Shown here piece after piece: positions 9,203-18,794 of a stretch of 40,943 nucleotides of DNA. Both the position numbers and the translations under genes were made by a program. Numbering within the stretch: position 1 is the first letter of the stretch; each line of letters opens with the position of its first letter. The DNA is from Verrucomicrobiota bacterium (GTDB lineage: Bacteria > Verrucomicrobiota > Verrucomicrobiia > Limisphaerales > JADLHS01). The notes beneath the pieces were generated by a model, which worked only from the letters and a program-made list of their open reading frames with translations, was not told the origin of the DNA and searched no databases. The stretch spans positions 1-40,943 of the forward strand of contig JANPGI010000565.1 in assembly GCA_031423875.1 (NCBI GenBank). Reading direction: 5' to 3'.

Positions 9203-10513
9203 ATGTTAACTAAATTAAATCCACGCGTCCAAATCCTCACTTTGTTTTTGCTGGGTCTGACCCTCCCGCACCAGTTCGCCACCGCAGCGCAAGCGCCCGT
9301 ACCCTTGGGAAGTGCTGGCAACTTCGGCGTGCTCGCCGCCTCCACTGTCACCAGCAGCGGGGCCACTGTCGTCACTGGCGACCTGGGAGTCTGGCCAGGT
9401 ACTTCGGTAGCCGGCTTCCCGCCCGGAAAGGTGGTTGGGACTATGCACGTCACCGATCCGGCCGCGCAGGCAGCACAGGGCGATCTTACCACCGCGTATC
9501 TCGACGCCGAAGGACGAACTACTGCTCCGGTTTCCGTTGCCGGAAATATCGGTGGCCAGACCCTGCCTCCAGGACTGTATAAGTCCACCTCCTCGTTGCA
9601 GATCTCATCCGGCGATCTGACGCTCGACGGACAAGGCGATCCCAATGCCGTCTTCATTTTCCAGATTGCCTCCACCTTGGTCACCACGTCTGGTCGTCAG
9701 GTGATCCTCATCGGCGGGGCACAGTCGGCTAATGTGTTTTGGCAAGTCGGCAGTTCCGCGACCATCGGAACCACCTCGGGCATGAAAGGCAACATCTTGG
9801 CCCTTGAGTCGATTGCCATTCAGACAGGCGCAACACTTCAAGGCAGAGCCTTGGCCCGAACTGCCGCAGTGACCCTCGAGGGCAATGAAATGACGGTGCC
9901 CACGCTTGGCGGGGGCGGTGGTGGCGGAGTCGTAGTGACTCCTTCGACCAACGTTTTTGTGAACGCCGTCTCGCCCATCACGTTGAATCCGCAGACCGGC
10001 CTGTTCGAGCAGACCGTTCGGTTGACCAACAGCAGTGCCAGCACCGTCGCGGCCGTCCAACTCCTTATCCAGGCCCTGCCGTCCGGCGTTCAGGTTTATA
10101 ATGCGAGCGGCAGCATCAACAGCACGCCCTTCGTGCAATATGGTTTTCCCCTCGCTTCTGCTGCGTCAGTTAATTTGTTGATCGAGTATTATCGCGCCAA
10201 TCGCCTGTCCATTCCCCAGCCGGCCTTTCTAGTTCGGGAAACCGCTCCACTCCCCGTGACCGCAACCGGCCCGGTTATCACAATCAATACAAACACGTTG
10301 GTGGCTGGACGGTTCCTGATCGAATTTTCAGCCACCCCGGGAGGCCGTTACGCGGTGCAGTACAGCAGCAACATGACAAACTGGAAAACCGCCGATCCCA
10401 TCATCACCGCCCCGGCCAATCGGGTGCAGTGGTACGATGACGGCCCGCCCAAAACTGAAAGCAAACCAACCACTGTCGGAAGCCGGTTCTACCGGATCAT
10501 GGTTCTACCTTGA
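9203..10513 (+). CDS. Secreted DUF3494 ice-binding-like protein with C-terminal domains
   Basis: Signal peptide; LGSAGNFGVLA, GDLGV.PGTSVAGFPPG, PGLYK, VFIFQI, NVFWQVGSSAT, GRALA; alternative TTG start 9185. Confidence 0.88.
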   Translation: MLTKLNPRVQILTLFLLGLTLPHQFATAAQAPVPLGSAGNFGVLAASTVTSSGATVVTGDLGVWPGTSVAGFPPGKVVGTMHVTDPAAQAAQGDLTTAYLDAEGRTTAPVSVAGNIGGQTLPPGLYKSTSSLQISSGDLTLDGQGDPNAVFIFQIASTLVTTSGRQVILIGGAQSANVFWQVGSSATIGTTSGMKGNILALESIAIQTGATLQGRALARTAAVTLEGNEMTVPTLGGGGGGGVVVTPSTNVFVNAVSPITLNPQTGLFEQTVRLTNSSASTVAAVQLLIQALPSGVQVYNASGSINSTPFVQYGFPLASAASVNLLIEYYRANRLSIPQPAFLVRETAPLPVTATGPVITINTNTLVAGRFLIEFSATPGGRYAVQYSSNMTNWKTADPIITAPANRVQWYDDGPPKTESKPTTVGSRFYRIMVLP

Positions 10514-10543
10514 GTCTCGTTAACCCCAAACATCCTAACCTCT

Positions 10544-11566
10544 ATGAATCGAGTTTTCCTTTCCACCACCCTCGCGCTCGCCGCAGCCACTCCGTTCGCC
10601 CTGCCCGGCGCGGATATTCCCGAGAACCCCAACCGCCTAAGCCTCGGTGCGCGCTTTGGCATGAACTTCAAAGCTGACTTCCGCAACAGCGCACCAGTCA
10701 ATCCCGGGCCTGCTGTCAGCGGCGCGGATCACATCTATAATGACGGTTACGTTCTTTTGGACAGCAGCGGAAACGCAGGCGGCCTCACCTGGAACTGGGG
10801 CTACCAAAACGCCTCTCAGGTGGTCGGCAACACCATGCAGTTCAATGCCATTGAGTCCAGTAGTCCTTCCGGCCTGACCGGTGACAACAGGGTCACCGGC
10901 GATCCACAATCCGGCGTCGAGCTGATCTACCAGCGTGTGCTAGGCCGGTTCGGGGCGGAAAGCAATGGTCGCTGGGGACTCGAAGCCGCCTTTGGCTACA
11001 CCGAACTCGACTTGAGCGACAGCCGCAGCGCGACTGGTCCCGTCACGGTCACAACCGACAGCTTTCCACTTAATGGTGTGATACCTCCCAGCGCTGGCTA
11101 TAATGGCTCTTTCCAGGGACCCGGCGCCCTGCTCGGCGACACCCCCACGCGAACCATCGCGTCCGGCACTGGCACCCTGACAACCCATCAAAAGTTGAGC
11201 GGACAGTTATATGGCATTCGTCTCGGTCCTTTTGCCGAATGGAATTTAACTTCCAAACTGAGCCTCGCCGCCAGCGTGGGCCTGACTTTGGCTCCGGCCT
11301 TGGTTGAATACGACTTCTCGGAAACCAGTACGGTGGCTGGCGGCAGCACATCCGTGGCGAGCGGTCATTCGTCCAAAAATAAACTGCTATACGGCGCCTA
11401 CGCGAGCGCGATGCTCCGTTACGACTTCAGCAAACATTGGGGCATCTTTGCGGGCGCACAGTTCCAAAGTTTGAACTCATTGGAGCAATCCATTGGCAAT
11501 CATACAGCCCGCCTTGACCAGGACGTCACGGTTTATGGCGTCGTGGGCATCAGTTGTGGGTTCTGA
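10544..11566 (+). CDS. Probable outer-membrane beta-barrel protein
   Basis: Signal peptide, alternating amphipathic strands in the C-terminal half, terminal Phe (YGVVGISCGF). Confidence 0.65.
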   Translation: MNRVFLSTTLALAAATPFALPGADIPENPNRLSLGARFGMNFKADFRNSAPVNPGPAVSGADHIYNDGYVLLDSSGNAGGLTWNWGYQNASQVVGNTMQFNAIESSSPSGLTGDNRVTGDPQSGVELIYQRVLGRFGAESNGRWGLEAAFGYTELDLSDSRSATGPVTVTTDSFPLNGVIPPSAGYNGSFQGPGALLGDTPTRTIASGTGTLTTHQKLSGQLYGIRLGPFAEWNLTSKLSLAASVGLTLAPALVEYDFSETSTVAGGSTSVASGHSSKNKLLYGAYASAMLRYDFSKHWGIFAGAQFQSLNSLEQSIGNHTARLDQDVTVYGVVGISCGF

Positions 11567-11798
11567 TGGGCTGGCCCAAGTTGCACGCAGTTGGCTCACT
11601 ACATGAATCGGCCAGCGGGCGTACCCAAGACGTACCTAGTCCGGAGATGAGGTGTTGTTCGTCAATGGCTGTTCGGATGTCATGGCACGACTGATTGATT
11701 ACGGGCGTCACCTCGCCGTAATGGCGACGCCAGACAAAGAAAGCGTGAACAACTTTCGCCCCCTCGTCACCATCACGCGCGACGACTCGCCACCCTTT

Positions 11799-12083
11799 AT
11801 GGATAGAAACAGCCTCGCTTTCTGGATGACTTTGGTGGGAACCGTTTGCTGGGGAGTTTGTTTTTGGTGGATGCACCGGATCTCCACAAAACAGAACACA
11901 CTTCTCGACCAGCTTCGCGAGCAGGGCAAACGAATCGAAAAATTATCCAAGATCGAACATGACCTCATCAAGGAAGTGCATCCCCAGGTCAGTGAGATCA
12001 AGGAAGGGATGGATGAGATGATCGCGGTGGTGAAGGAGAATTCTGGCAACCCGCTTCCGGCATCAAAAAAGAAACGGATATAG
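11799..12083 (+). CDS. Small single-TM coiled-coil hypothetical protein
   Basis: Hydrophobic/aromatic N-terminus followed by a heptad-like charged region; start chosen at MDRNS. Confidence 0.6.
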   Translation: MDRNSLAFWMTLVGTVCWGVCFWWMHRISTKQNTLLDQLREQGKRIEKLSKIEHDLIKEVHPQVSEIKEGMDEMIAVVKENSGNPLPASKKKRI

Positions 12084-12099
12084 CCTCATCAAATTCTGC

Positions 12100-12145
12100 A
12101 TGGGGTGATCACCCTATGGCACGCTCCGGCTTTTTGAATTATTTT
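12100..12145 (+). promoter_or_regulatory. Regulon box variant ATGGGGT-GATC-ACCCTAT (12100-12117) plus -10-like TATTTT 12140-12145
   Basis: Near-perfect palindromic version of the box; same spacing; ATG 7 nt after the -10. Confidence 0.65.
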
Positions 12146-12151
12146 TACCAC

Positions 12152-12880
12152 ATGAATTACGCAACCCAGGAATTTTCCCTCTCCGACCGTTTGAAAGCCG
12201 TTTTCACCCCGAACGGAGAAGTTGAAACCGCACCGTCCTCACCTCTCGATGATGAACCGTGCGGGCACTTCTGTCATCCCCATGCACTCGTGGATGCTGG
12301 CACTACGATTGGCAAAAGAACGCGGATATGGGCGTTTGCTCATGTTGCCACCGGCGCAACCATTGGCGAGGACTGTAACATCTGCGACCATACATTCATC
12401 GAGGGTGAGGTTCGCATCGGCAATCGCGTGACGCTGAAGTGCGGTGTGTTTTTGTGGAATGGCGTCTCTGTCGAGGATGATGTTTTCATCGGCCCCGCCG
12501 CCGTATTCACGAATGATTACCGCCCTCGTAGCAAACGCTATCTCCCGGATCTCAAAACTGTACTCAAGGAAGGTTGCAGCATCGGCGCCAACAGCACGGT
12601 GTTACCCAACCTGACTGTTGGCCGCTGGGCGATGGTCGGGGCTGGATCGGTCGTCACACGCAGCGTGCCGGATCATGCTTTGGTGGTGGGCAACCCCGCG
12701 CGGTGGCGTGCCTGGATTTGTCGTTGCGGAGAAAAACTGCCTCCCGCTTTCGGTGGTGTGCTGAAGTGCGACTGCGGAAATTCCTACGAGCAGATTTCAA
12801 ACAATGAAGTGCGAGCGGTTGTCATCAACGGCCACTCTGCCGCCAAGGGTCACGCAAGCTATCTAACCGATGACGTATGA
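12152..12880 (+). CDS. Hexapeptide-repeat N-acetyltransferase (WbpD/WxcM-like) with C-terminal Cys cluster
   Basis: IG..TRIWAFAHV..GA.IGEDCNIC, VFIGP.AVFTND, SIGANSTV, VGAGSVVT, VVGNPAR, WICRCG..C.CG. Confidence 0.88.
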   Translation: MNYATQEFSLSDRLKAVFTPNGEVETAPSSPLDDEPCGHFCHPHALVDAGTTIGKRTRIWAFAHVATGATIGEDCNICDHTFIEGEVRIGNRVTLKCGVFLWNGVSVEDDVFIGPAAVFTNDYRPRSKRYLPDLKTVLKEGCSIGANSTVLPNLTVGRWAMVGAGSVVTRSVPDHALVVGNPARWRAWICRCGEKLPPAFGGVLKCDCGNSYEQISNNEVRAVVINGHSAAKGHASYLTDDV

Positions 12881-13578
12881 AAAAAATCCACCTTTGGCTG
12901 ACTCTGATTGTCGTGCTGTCGCTCGCACTCATTGGCACAGCCTATCAACCAGACCCAGAGGTCGCACCCAATCCAGAGGTCATCTACATTGCGTTGGTGT
13001 TCGATGATGGGCCATTTCCCAATCATGCACCCCAGCTTCTGGCGTTGCTCGCCAAAGAACAGGTTCATGTGACGTTCTCCATGGTAGCATCGAACGTCCA
13101 CAGATTTCAGAGTACGGCAAAAGCCATCGTTGCCGGAGGACACGAGGTGGCCTGTCACTCCTATTCACATCGCCATCCAAAGGATTTGGACGATGCTGCG
13201 CTTGAACAGGAATTCGTGGGCGCGCAGAAAATAATCACCGAGGTGACGGGTCGCCCGGCAAAATGGTATTGGCCGCCCTTCCTTGAAATGGACGACCGGA
13301 TGCCAGCAATGGCCGACAAGGCAGGTATGGAAATCTATTCGCTCAAAAATGTCGTCGTCTCCAAGGATTACGACAGTGGCGTAGGCAGGAGAGGCATCAA
13401 GCGGAACGCCACGCGCAATGTCGTGGATGGATCAATCATCGTGTTCCATGAATGGAGGGAAGAAACCCGGGAACAGTTACCCGCCATCCTCGCCGAACTC
13501 CGACGGCAAAATTGCGCCTTCCTCACATTCAGCGAGCTGGCGGAGAAAGTTCGCGCAAAAAATCCGGCTGCAAAGTAG
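12877..13578 (+). CDS. Polysaccharide deacetylase (NodB/CE4), exported or membrane-anchored
   Basis: FDDGP, HEVACHSYSH, PPF, IIVFHE; hydrophobic N-terminus. Confidence 0.88.
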   Translation: MKKIHLWLTLIVVLSLALIGTAYQPDPEVAPNPEVIYIALVFDDGPFPNHAPQLLALLAKEQVHVTFSMVASNVHRFQSTAKAIVAGGHEVACHSYSHRHPKDLDDAALEQEFVGAQKIITEVTGRPAKWYWPPFLEMDDRMPAMADKAGMEIYSLKNVVVSKDYDSGVGRRGIKRNATRNVVDGSIIVFHEWREETREQLPAILAELRRQNCAFLTFSELAEKVRAKNPAAK

Positions 13579-13679
13579 ATGGCTCGATGGTTTCGCAGCC
13601 CCATGCCGCGCCGTCCAATCAAATGACGTTCGTGGCAGGAAGAGATGGCAATACGGAAAGCGGAGCGGTTACACAGGAT

Positions 13680-13726
13680 GGGGGTAGAACACCCCATAGC
13701 ACCCACAAGGCTCGTCTGGTTAGTTT
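13680..13726 (+). promoter_or_regulatory. Regulon box (13688-13699) plus -10-like TAGTTT 13721-13726
   Basis: Exact 12-mer; ATG 13733 is 7 nt after the -10. Confidence 0.75.
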
Positions 13727-13732
13727 ATGATT

Positions 13733-14686
13733 ATGAACGATACCCAAACTTTGTCGGCGACCAAAACAGGCGGCGCATCAGCACATTCTCCAAAGATTGA
13801 TCCCCATCGTATCCTCGTGGTAGATGACGATAGCGACATCCGTCATTTCAACGCCGACGTGTTGACTGGCTGTGGCTACGAGGTGGACACGGCTGAAGAC
13901 GGGGCTGCCGCTTGGGAGACTATTCAACTGAACAACTATGACCTCATGGTTACTGACAACAACATGCCGAATTTGTCAGGCATTGAGTTGCTCATAAAAC
14001 TTGATGCCGCCGGCATGTCGCTGCCGACCATCATGGCCACGGGAACATTGCCAACGGCTGAATTCGTGCTTTACCCTTGGCTACAACCTTCCATTACGCT
14101 GCTGAAGCCCTATACCCTCCAAGAGCTTTTGGAAGCAGTGAGAACCATATTCACAGCGGAAAGCACCTCCGCTTACTCCAAACTTTTGACGTCTCAAGAT
14201 TTGAATTATAAAAACATCCCGCAAGTGAGTGAGAGGGCCGTAGCATCGCAGAAATGCCCTGCAAATCCTGCTCATCGCATCCTTGTGGTGGATGAAGACC
14301 AAGACCTTCGCTGGCTGTATTCCGAGGTGTTGGCTGGTAGTGGCTACGATGTTGACGGCGCTCAAGATGGCATTGCGGGATGGGATGCGCTTCAGTCCAA
14401 CAGCTACGAACTGTTGATCACCGATCACGATCTATCCAAGCTGAACGGCATTCAACTTGTCAGAAAGCTGCGGGCTGCTCACATGACGCTTCCCGTGGTG
14501 ATGGCTGCAACAACTTTGCCAACGCATGAACTGCACAGGGATGTATCGCTTCAACTCGCGGCGACACTGCAGAAACCCTTTGGTATTGACGCGTTGGTGG
14601 ACACGGTGAAATCAGTCCTGCACGCGCCACTCTTGCCAGTGCGCAACTGGCAAGGCGAGCCAGCCGCCACCGGTTTCAGGTGCTGA
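13733..14686 (+). CDS. Tandem double-receiver (REC-REC) protein without output domain
   Basis: Two similar REC units HRILVVDDD..TDNNMP..LLKPY and HRILVVDED..TDHDLS..LQKPF. Confidence 0.88.
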   Translation: MNDTQTLSATKTGGASAHSPKIDPHRILVVDDDSDIRHFNADVLTGCGYEVDTAEDGAAAWETIQLNNYDLMVTDNNMPNLSGIELLIKLDAAGMSLPTIMATGTLPTAEFVLYPWLQPSITLLKPYTLQELLEAVRTIFTAESTSAYSKLLTSQDLNYKNIPQVSERAVASQKCPANPAHRILVVDEDQDLRWLYSEVLAGSGYDVDGAQDGIAGWDALQSNSYELLITDHDLSKLNGIQLVRKLRAAHMTLPVVMAATTLPTHELHRDVSLQLAATLQKPFGIDALVDTVKSVLHAPLLPVRNWQGEPAATGFRC

Positions 14687-15058
14687 CGATTGCGTGCGAG
14701 ATTTACGATCTCCCGCCATCAGCTTTGCCACCGTATCGCTGGACGAACCGCCTCCCGCTTTCGGTCGGGTGCTGAAGCGCGAGCGATTGCCACCAATGGT
14801 CATTGAGTCGGATTACTGTGGCCGTTCGCAAAACCCCCTTGGTTTTGAACGCAGACACCAAAGTAGAGCGTTGGACAAGAAGGGCCATGACAACGCAGCG
14901 CGTCATCGCTACCAGCTTTGGAGTTCGGGTCAATCGCGCATGAATAGCTTCGTCAACAAATGTCGCCAGCTCTTGGGTGAACTGAATTTGTATTCCCCGT
15001 GCAAGTTGATGATCGCAATCATCGGCAGCAGCGAGGCGCTGGTTGATGAAGCACGCTT

Positions 15059-15105
15059 GGTAGGGTAACACCCCATAGCATCAGCCAGTCCTTTCCAAGC
15101 ATTGT
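15059..15105 (+). promoter_or_regulatory. Regulon box (15067-15078) plus weak -10-like CATTGT 15100-15105
   Basis: Exact 12-mer, GGTAGGGT left arm. Confidence 0.7.
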
Positions 15106-15169
15106 GGGGATGAGAAAAGAGAACGCTCCGACAGAAGCAAGTGGGTTCTCTCCCGATGAATCGCCGACC

Positions 15170-15556
15170 ATGAAACACAACAAGAACCATGACAATGCTC
15201 CAGACGCAGCCCAAGCATTGATGCCGGTTCACTTTGAGTTCACTCACCTGACCGCTGTCACTGTTTGCGTTGCAGGCACGTTCAACAACTGGCATCCCAC
15301 CACCAAAGCCATGCACCCAGCCGGGAGCGGCCATTGGATGAAGGAAGCCTTCTTGCCACCCGGCAAATACGAATACTGCCTCGTAGTGGATGGCCAATGG
15401 ATTCCTGATCCAAGTGCTTTGGAAACCGTGCCCAATCCTTTCGGCGGAAGAAACTCGATCTTGAATGTGGCCTGCTCCCCGGAAGCCGCCCATCGCGCGG
15501 ACGCACAAAATCTACCGTTGAAAAACACAAACAAAAAGAACACCAAAAAAATATGA
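15170..15556 (+). CDS. Glycogen-binding (CBM48 / AMPK-beta-like) domain protein
   Basis: V.VAGTFNNW, LPPGKYEY..VVDGQW..DP....VPNPFGGRNS. Confidence 0.88.
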   Translation: MKHNKNHDNAPDAAQALMPVHFEFTHLTAVTVCVAGTFNNWHPTTKAMHPAGSGHWMKEAFLPPGKYEYCLVVDGQWIPDPSALETVPNPFGGRNSILNVACSPEAAHRADAQNLPLKNTNKKNTKKI

Positions 15557-15852
15557 GCAAAGAAACCCAAGCCATCAGTCATGACGTAAGCCAACTGGCC
15601 GAAGACGCCCGCGCGTTGATGACCGCCACCGCCGATGTCGCCGGAGAAAAAGTTGGCGAAGCCCGCAAACGCCTTGCCGCCGCCTTGGATCAGGGCAAGG
15701 AAATCTACGGTCGCGTCCGTGACAAAGCCGTCGAAGGCGCAAAGGTCGCTGACAAAACCGTCCGCGAGAATCCTTATCAAGCCATCGCCATCGGCGTCGG
15801 CGTCGGGGCGCTCGTCGGTTATCTCCTGGGACGCCGTTGCTCCCGCGATTGA
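15553..15852 (+). CDS. DUF883 ElaB/YqjD-family tail-anchored protein
   Basis: Amphipathic helix, D..VRENPYQAIAIGVGVGALVGYLLGRR. Confidence 0.9.
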   Translation: MSKETQAISHDVSQLAEDARALMTATADVAGEKVGEARKRLAAALDQGKEIYGRVRDKAVEGAKVADKTVRENPYQAIAIGVGVGALVGYLLGRRCSRD

Positions 15853-15859
15853 TCCCGTT

Positions 15860-16249
15860 ATGGAAGAATCCTCCGTCAGCTTCAAGCAACTGGCCGCGAC
15901 CTCGAAACAGTTCGCGCGCCGGCTGTTGACCATCGGTGAAAACCGGCTCGAATTGTTGACGGTGGAAGTGCAGGAGGAGCGTGAGCGTCTCCTGCACGCC
16001 ATTTTACTCGCGCTTGGCGTGGCGACATTTGGTCTGCTGACCGCCATCACCGCCACGGCGTTGGTCGTCGTTTTCTTCTGGGCCTATTCTCCCGTGCTGG
16101 CGCTCCTCGTTTTGACCGCGCTCTACGGAACGGCTGGTGTTTATCTTTACCTACAACTCACCGCTCGACTGCGGAACGCGCAGACACTCGCCGCCACTCT
16201 GGAACAACTCCGAAAGGACCGCGCATGTTTGGAAAAAGCTCTCGAATGA
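15860..16249 (+). CDS. YqjE-like (phage holin family) two-TM membrane protein
   Basis: RLELL.VE.QEER, two TM helices, TLEQLRKDR; typical position after DUF883. Confidence 0.82.
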   Translation: MEESSVSFKQLAATSKQFARRLLTIGENRLELLTVEVQEERERLLHAILLALGVATFGLLTAITATALVVVFFWAYSPVLALLVLTALYGTAGVYLYLQLTARLRNAQTLAATLEQLRKDRACLEKALE

Positions 16250-16551
16250 ATCCCCTCGCCACGCGTAAACAGATGTTGATTGCCGAAAGCGAACTCAACC
16301 GCGCGCACTTGGTTCAAGACTGGCAGACGATGGCGGGCGAAGTTCACGCGCTGGCTGATGAAGTGCAAACCCTCCGCTCCATGGCCTCTGCCGCTGGCTC
16401 ATTGGTAGCCGGTCTTGCCGCGTTGCGACGCAAGAAATCTGCGCCCGCTGAAAAACCGGCATGGTGGCAAACTCTTCTCAAAGGCGCGGGTCAGATTTCC
16501 ACACTCTGGTCGGCATTTCGTGCGCCTAGGCACGTTCCAAAAGACACTTAG
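16246..16551 (+). CDS. YqjK-like protein
   Basis: RKQMLIAESELNR..L motif; ATGA overlap; synteny with DUF883-YqjE. Confidence 0.65.
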   Translation: MNPLATRKQMLIAESELNRAHLVQDWQTMAGEVHALADEVQTLRSMASAAGSLVAGLAALRRKKSAPAEKPAWWQTLLKGAGQISTLWSAFRAPRHVPKDT

Positions 16552-16574
16552 TCGAACTTCAGAAATACAAATCT

Positions 16575-17288
16575 ATGTTACGCAGCATCAAACAACTCTA
16601 CGGAAACAAACTCGGCGCGACCGATGGCGAAATCGGTCATGTGAAAGATTTTTACTTCGACGACCAGAATTGGGCCATCCGTTATCTGGTCGTGGACACG
16701 GGCAACTGGTTGCCCGGACGACAGGTGCTCCTCTCGCCCTATTCGCTCGGACGTCTTGATCAGGTTGAAAAAGTCCTGCGCGTGAACCTGACCCGGAAAC
16801 AGATTGAGAACAGTCCTTCGATTGATCTGCACAAGCCGGTGTCGCGCCAATACGAGGAGGAGTATTACCGCTATTTCGGCTGGCCGTATTACTGGCAGGG
16901 TGAAGCGCTGTGGGGGCTCAGCGGCTTCCCGATTTTGGAAGCAGCGGGTCAACCGCTCCCGTACGAATCCGCCATGGCTAACAATCCGGCCACCGTTCCT
17001 CCTGACGCCCATCTGCGCAGCACGCAAGCCGTGAACGACTATCAAGTCCGCACGGGCGAAGACATGATTGGTCACGTCTGCGATTTCATGATGGACGCCG
17101 GGAGTTGGAAAATCGGTCAGTTGGCCGTCAAAACCGGCCACCGACTTTCCGGCATCGAGAAGCTGATCACGACAAAGGAAGTGGACCGCATCAGTTATGA
17201 GGAATCCACGGTGTTCGCGACTTTGACCCAGGAAGTTGTCGTGCCGAGTTCTACGCCCGACCCGGCGGCAACCGTTGCGTCACCTTGA
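16575..17288 (+). CDS. Double PRC-barrel domain protein
   Basis: L.G..L.ATDGEIGHVKDFYFDD..W.IRYLVVDTG.WLPGR.VLLSP; second barrel HLRST..V..Y....IGHV.DF. Confidence 0.88.
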   Translation: MLRSIKQLYGNKLGATDGEIGHVKDFYFDDQNWAIRYLVVDTGNWLPGRQVLLSPYSLGRLDQVEKVLRVNLTRKQIENSPSIDLHKPVSRQYEEEYYRYFGWPYYWQGEALWGLSGFPILEAAGQPLPYESAMANNPATVPPDAHLRSTQAVNDYQVRTGEDMIGHVCDFMMDAGSWKIGQLAVKTGHRLSGIEKLITTKEVDRISYEESTVFATLTQEVVVPSSTPDPAATVASP

Positions 17289-17408
17289 CGCCGTCATCCT
17301 ATCCTTGCCTTACGGGATTGGCGGGCCCGAAGACGTTGACACCGTTTGCTCGCGGAGGAAGTCCCCCCCGTCGTGACAACCGGGCGATTCCAAAATAGAT
17401 TTTACCGC

Positions 17409-17504
17409 ATGAACACCGTCGCCCTCTACGACACCAAACCTTACGACCGCGAATACTTTGAGCGCGCGCGGAAGCGAACCTGCTTCGCAGTTGAAAAGGG
17501 ATGA
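17409..17504 (+). pseudogene. Truncated copy of the ldhA 5' end (20 matching codons)
   Basis: 17409-17467 matches 23436-23494 at 55/59 nt (MNTVALYDTKPYDREYFERA), then diverges and stops. Confidence 0.85.
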
Positions 17505-17579
17505 AAGAAAAATCGCCCGAGTTTCCGGAGAAGGGAAATGAGATTCATTCCCAGACATAAGGCAGAAGGCAAAAGTAGT

Positions 17580-18479
17580 TCAGTCTGACAACGCCGCCCG
17601 AGCTTTCGACGTGATGGCGAGCACCGCCGGGTGCGTCAACTTGCGTTCGGCGCTGATGGCGTAGAATTGCTGGCGGCAATCCTCGGTGCGCCCGATGACT
17701 TGGAAGCCGTAGCGCGCGACCGCTTCTTTCACCACCAAGGTCGGCAAGGCGAAGAAGCCGAGGCCGTCCACCGCCGCCACTTTCATCAAGGCGGCGTCCT
17801 CGAATTCCGCCACGAGTCGCGGGCGAATATCTTCGGCTTGAAACCATTTCTCCAGTGATTGGCGCAGCGCGGCGTTGCTCGCGGGCAGCAGAACGGGCGC
17901 TTCGTTCAGTGACTTGGGAAATTTGCGCTTGAGGGTGGCAGCCAGTTTGCGCTCCGCGCAGAAGGTCACGCCACATTCGCCGAGCAGGTGGTTGAAAACT
18001 TTAATGGGGAGCGAACTGGGCGCAGGTTCGTCCGCCAGCACAATGTCCAGCCGATGGGCGGCCAGTTGGCCGAGCAGATCGGCGGCTTTGCCTTCACGGC
18101 AAACGGCTTGGATGGGCTGTTCCAGTTTGAAGATGGGTTTGATGATTTCGTAGCTGACCAGTTTGGGTAGCGAATCGGTGATGCCGATGTGGACGCGCAA
18201 CGGGCGTGCGCTGGGCTGTTGCCGGGCGGCGTCGAGTAACTCTTGCCCCAGCGAAAAAATCTCCTCGGCGTAGCTCAACACCCGGTGGCCAGCCTCGGTC
18301 AACGCCAGGGCGCGTCCACCGCGTCGAAAAAGTTTTTCCTCGAGCACGCCTTCCAGCGCCGCAATCTGCGCGCTGATGGTGGGCTGGGAGACGTGCAGTT
18401 TGTCCGCCGCCTTGCGCAAGCCGCCTTCTTTGGCGACCACCCAGAAATAACGCAGGTGATGGTAGTTCAAGAATTCCAC
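17580..18479 (-). CDS. nhaR: LysR-family regulator, NhaR type
   Basis: LNYHHLRYFWVVAKEG....AA..LHVSQPTISAQI, GITDSLPKL..Y, EFEDAALMK, FYAISAERKLTHPAV. Confidence 0.9.
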   Translation of the reverse strand: MEFLNYHHLRYFWVVAKEGGLRKAADKLHVSQPTISAQIAALEGVLEEKLFRRGGRALALTEAGHRVLSYAEEIFSLGQELLDAARQQPSARPLRVHIGITDSLPKLVSYEIIKPIFKLEQPIQAVCREGKAADLLGQLAAHRLDIVLADEPAPSSLPIKVFNHLLGECGVTFCAERKLAATLKRKFPKSLNEAPVLLPASNAALRQSLEKWFQAEDIRPRLVAEFEDAALMKVAAVDGLGFFALPTLVVKEAVARYGFQVIGRTEDCRQQFYAISAERKLTHPAVLAITSKARAALSD

Positions 18480-18490
18480 GCGGTCATGGT

Positions 18491-18557
18491 ATTCGCTTTA
18501 ACCTAAGAGTCCATTCCAAAAGTCATAATAGGCTAATGGTGATGCCGCCCCTATTCT
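18491..18557 (+). promoter_or_regulatory. Putative LysR binding sites (two ATTC-N9-TAA boxes 22 bp apart) and -10 TATTCT
   Basis: 18491-18506 and 18513-18528 each contain T-N11-A; divergent intergenic region. Confidence 0.45.
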
Positions 18558-18563
18558 GTCGCC

Positions 18564-18794
18564 ATGAAAACGACAATCACTTTGAAAGAGTTCGGTGACT
18601 TGCCACCAGTCGCGGTCCAGGTCACACACGCAACCGCGCCGGCAATCTCGGAGTCGTCACCCCAAATAACCCCGAGAGCGTCCAGGGTCTCCATGTCCCG
18701 CTGGACAGAAGCGACGAAAGCTTTCGCGAGTTGCCGCACCAACGCCACCCCGCTCCGTTTCCCTGCGAGTCGCCATATCAGCGGGGCGGGATAA
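18564..18794 (+). CDS. Small hypothetical leader ORF (76 aa)
   Basis: ATG 7 nt after TATTCT; no recognisable family. Confidence 0.35.
   Translation: MKTTITLKEFGDLPPVAVQVTHATAPAISESSPQITPRASRVSMSRWTEATKAFASCRTNATPLRFPASRHISGAG

Noticed and set aside
14694-15071. Overlapping 124-aa (+) and 122-aa (-) ORFs
   Set aside because: No recognisable motif; both run into the regulon box; treated as intergenic or decayed DNA
15860-16249. Holin-family gene as prophage evidence
   Set aside because: YqjE-like gene in its usual DUF883 context; no phage genes in the window
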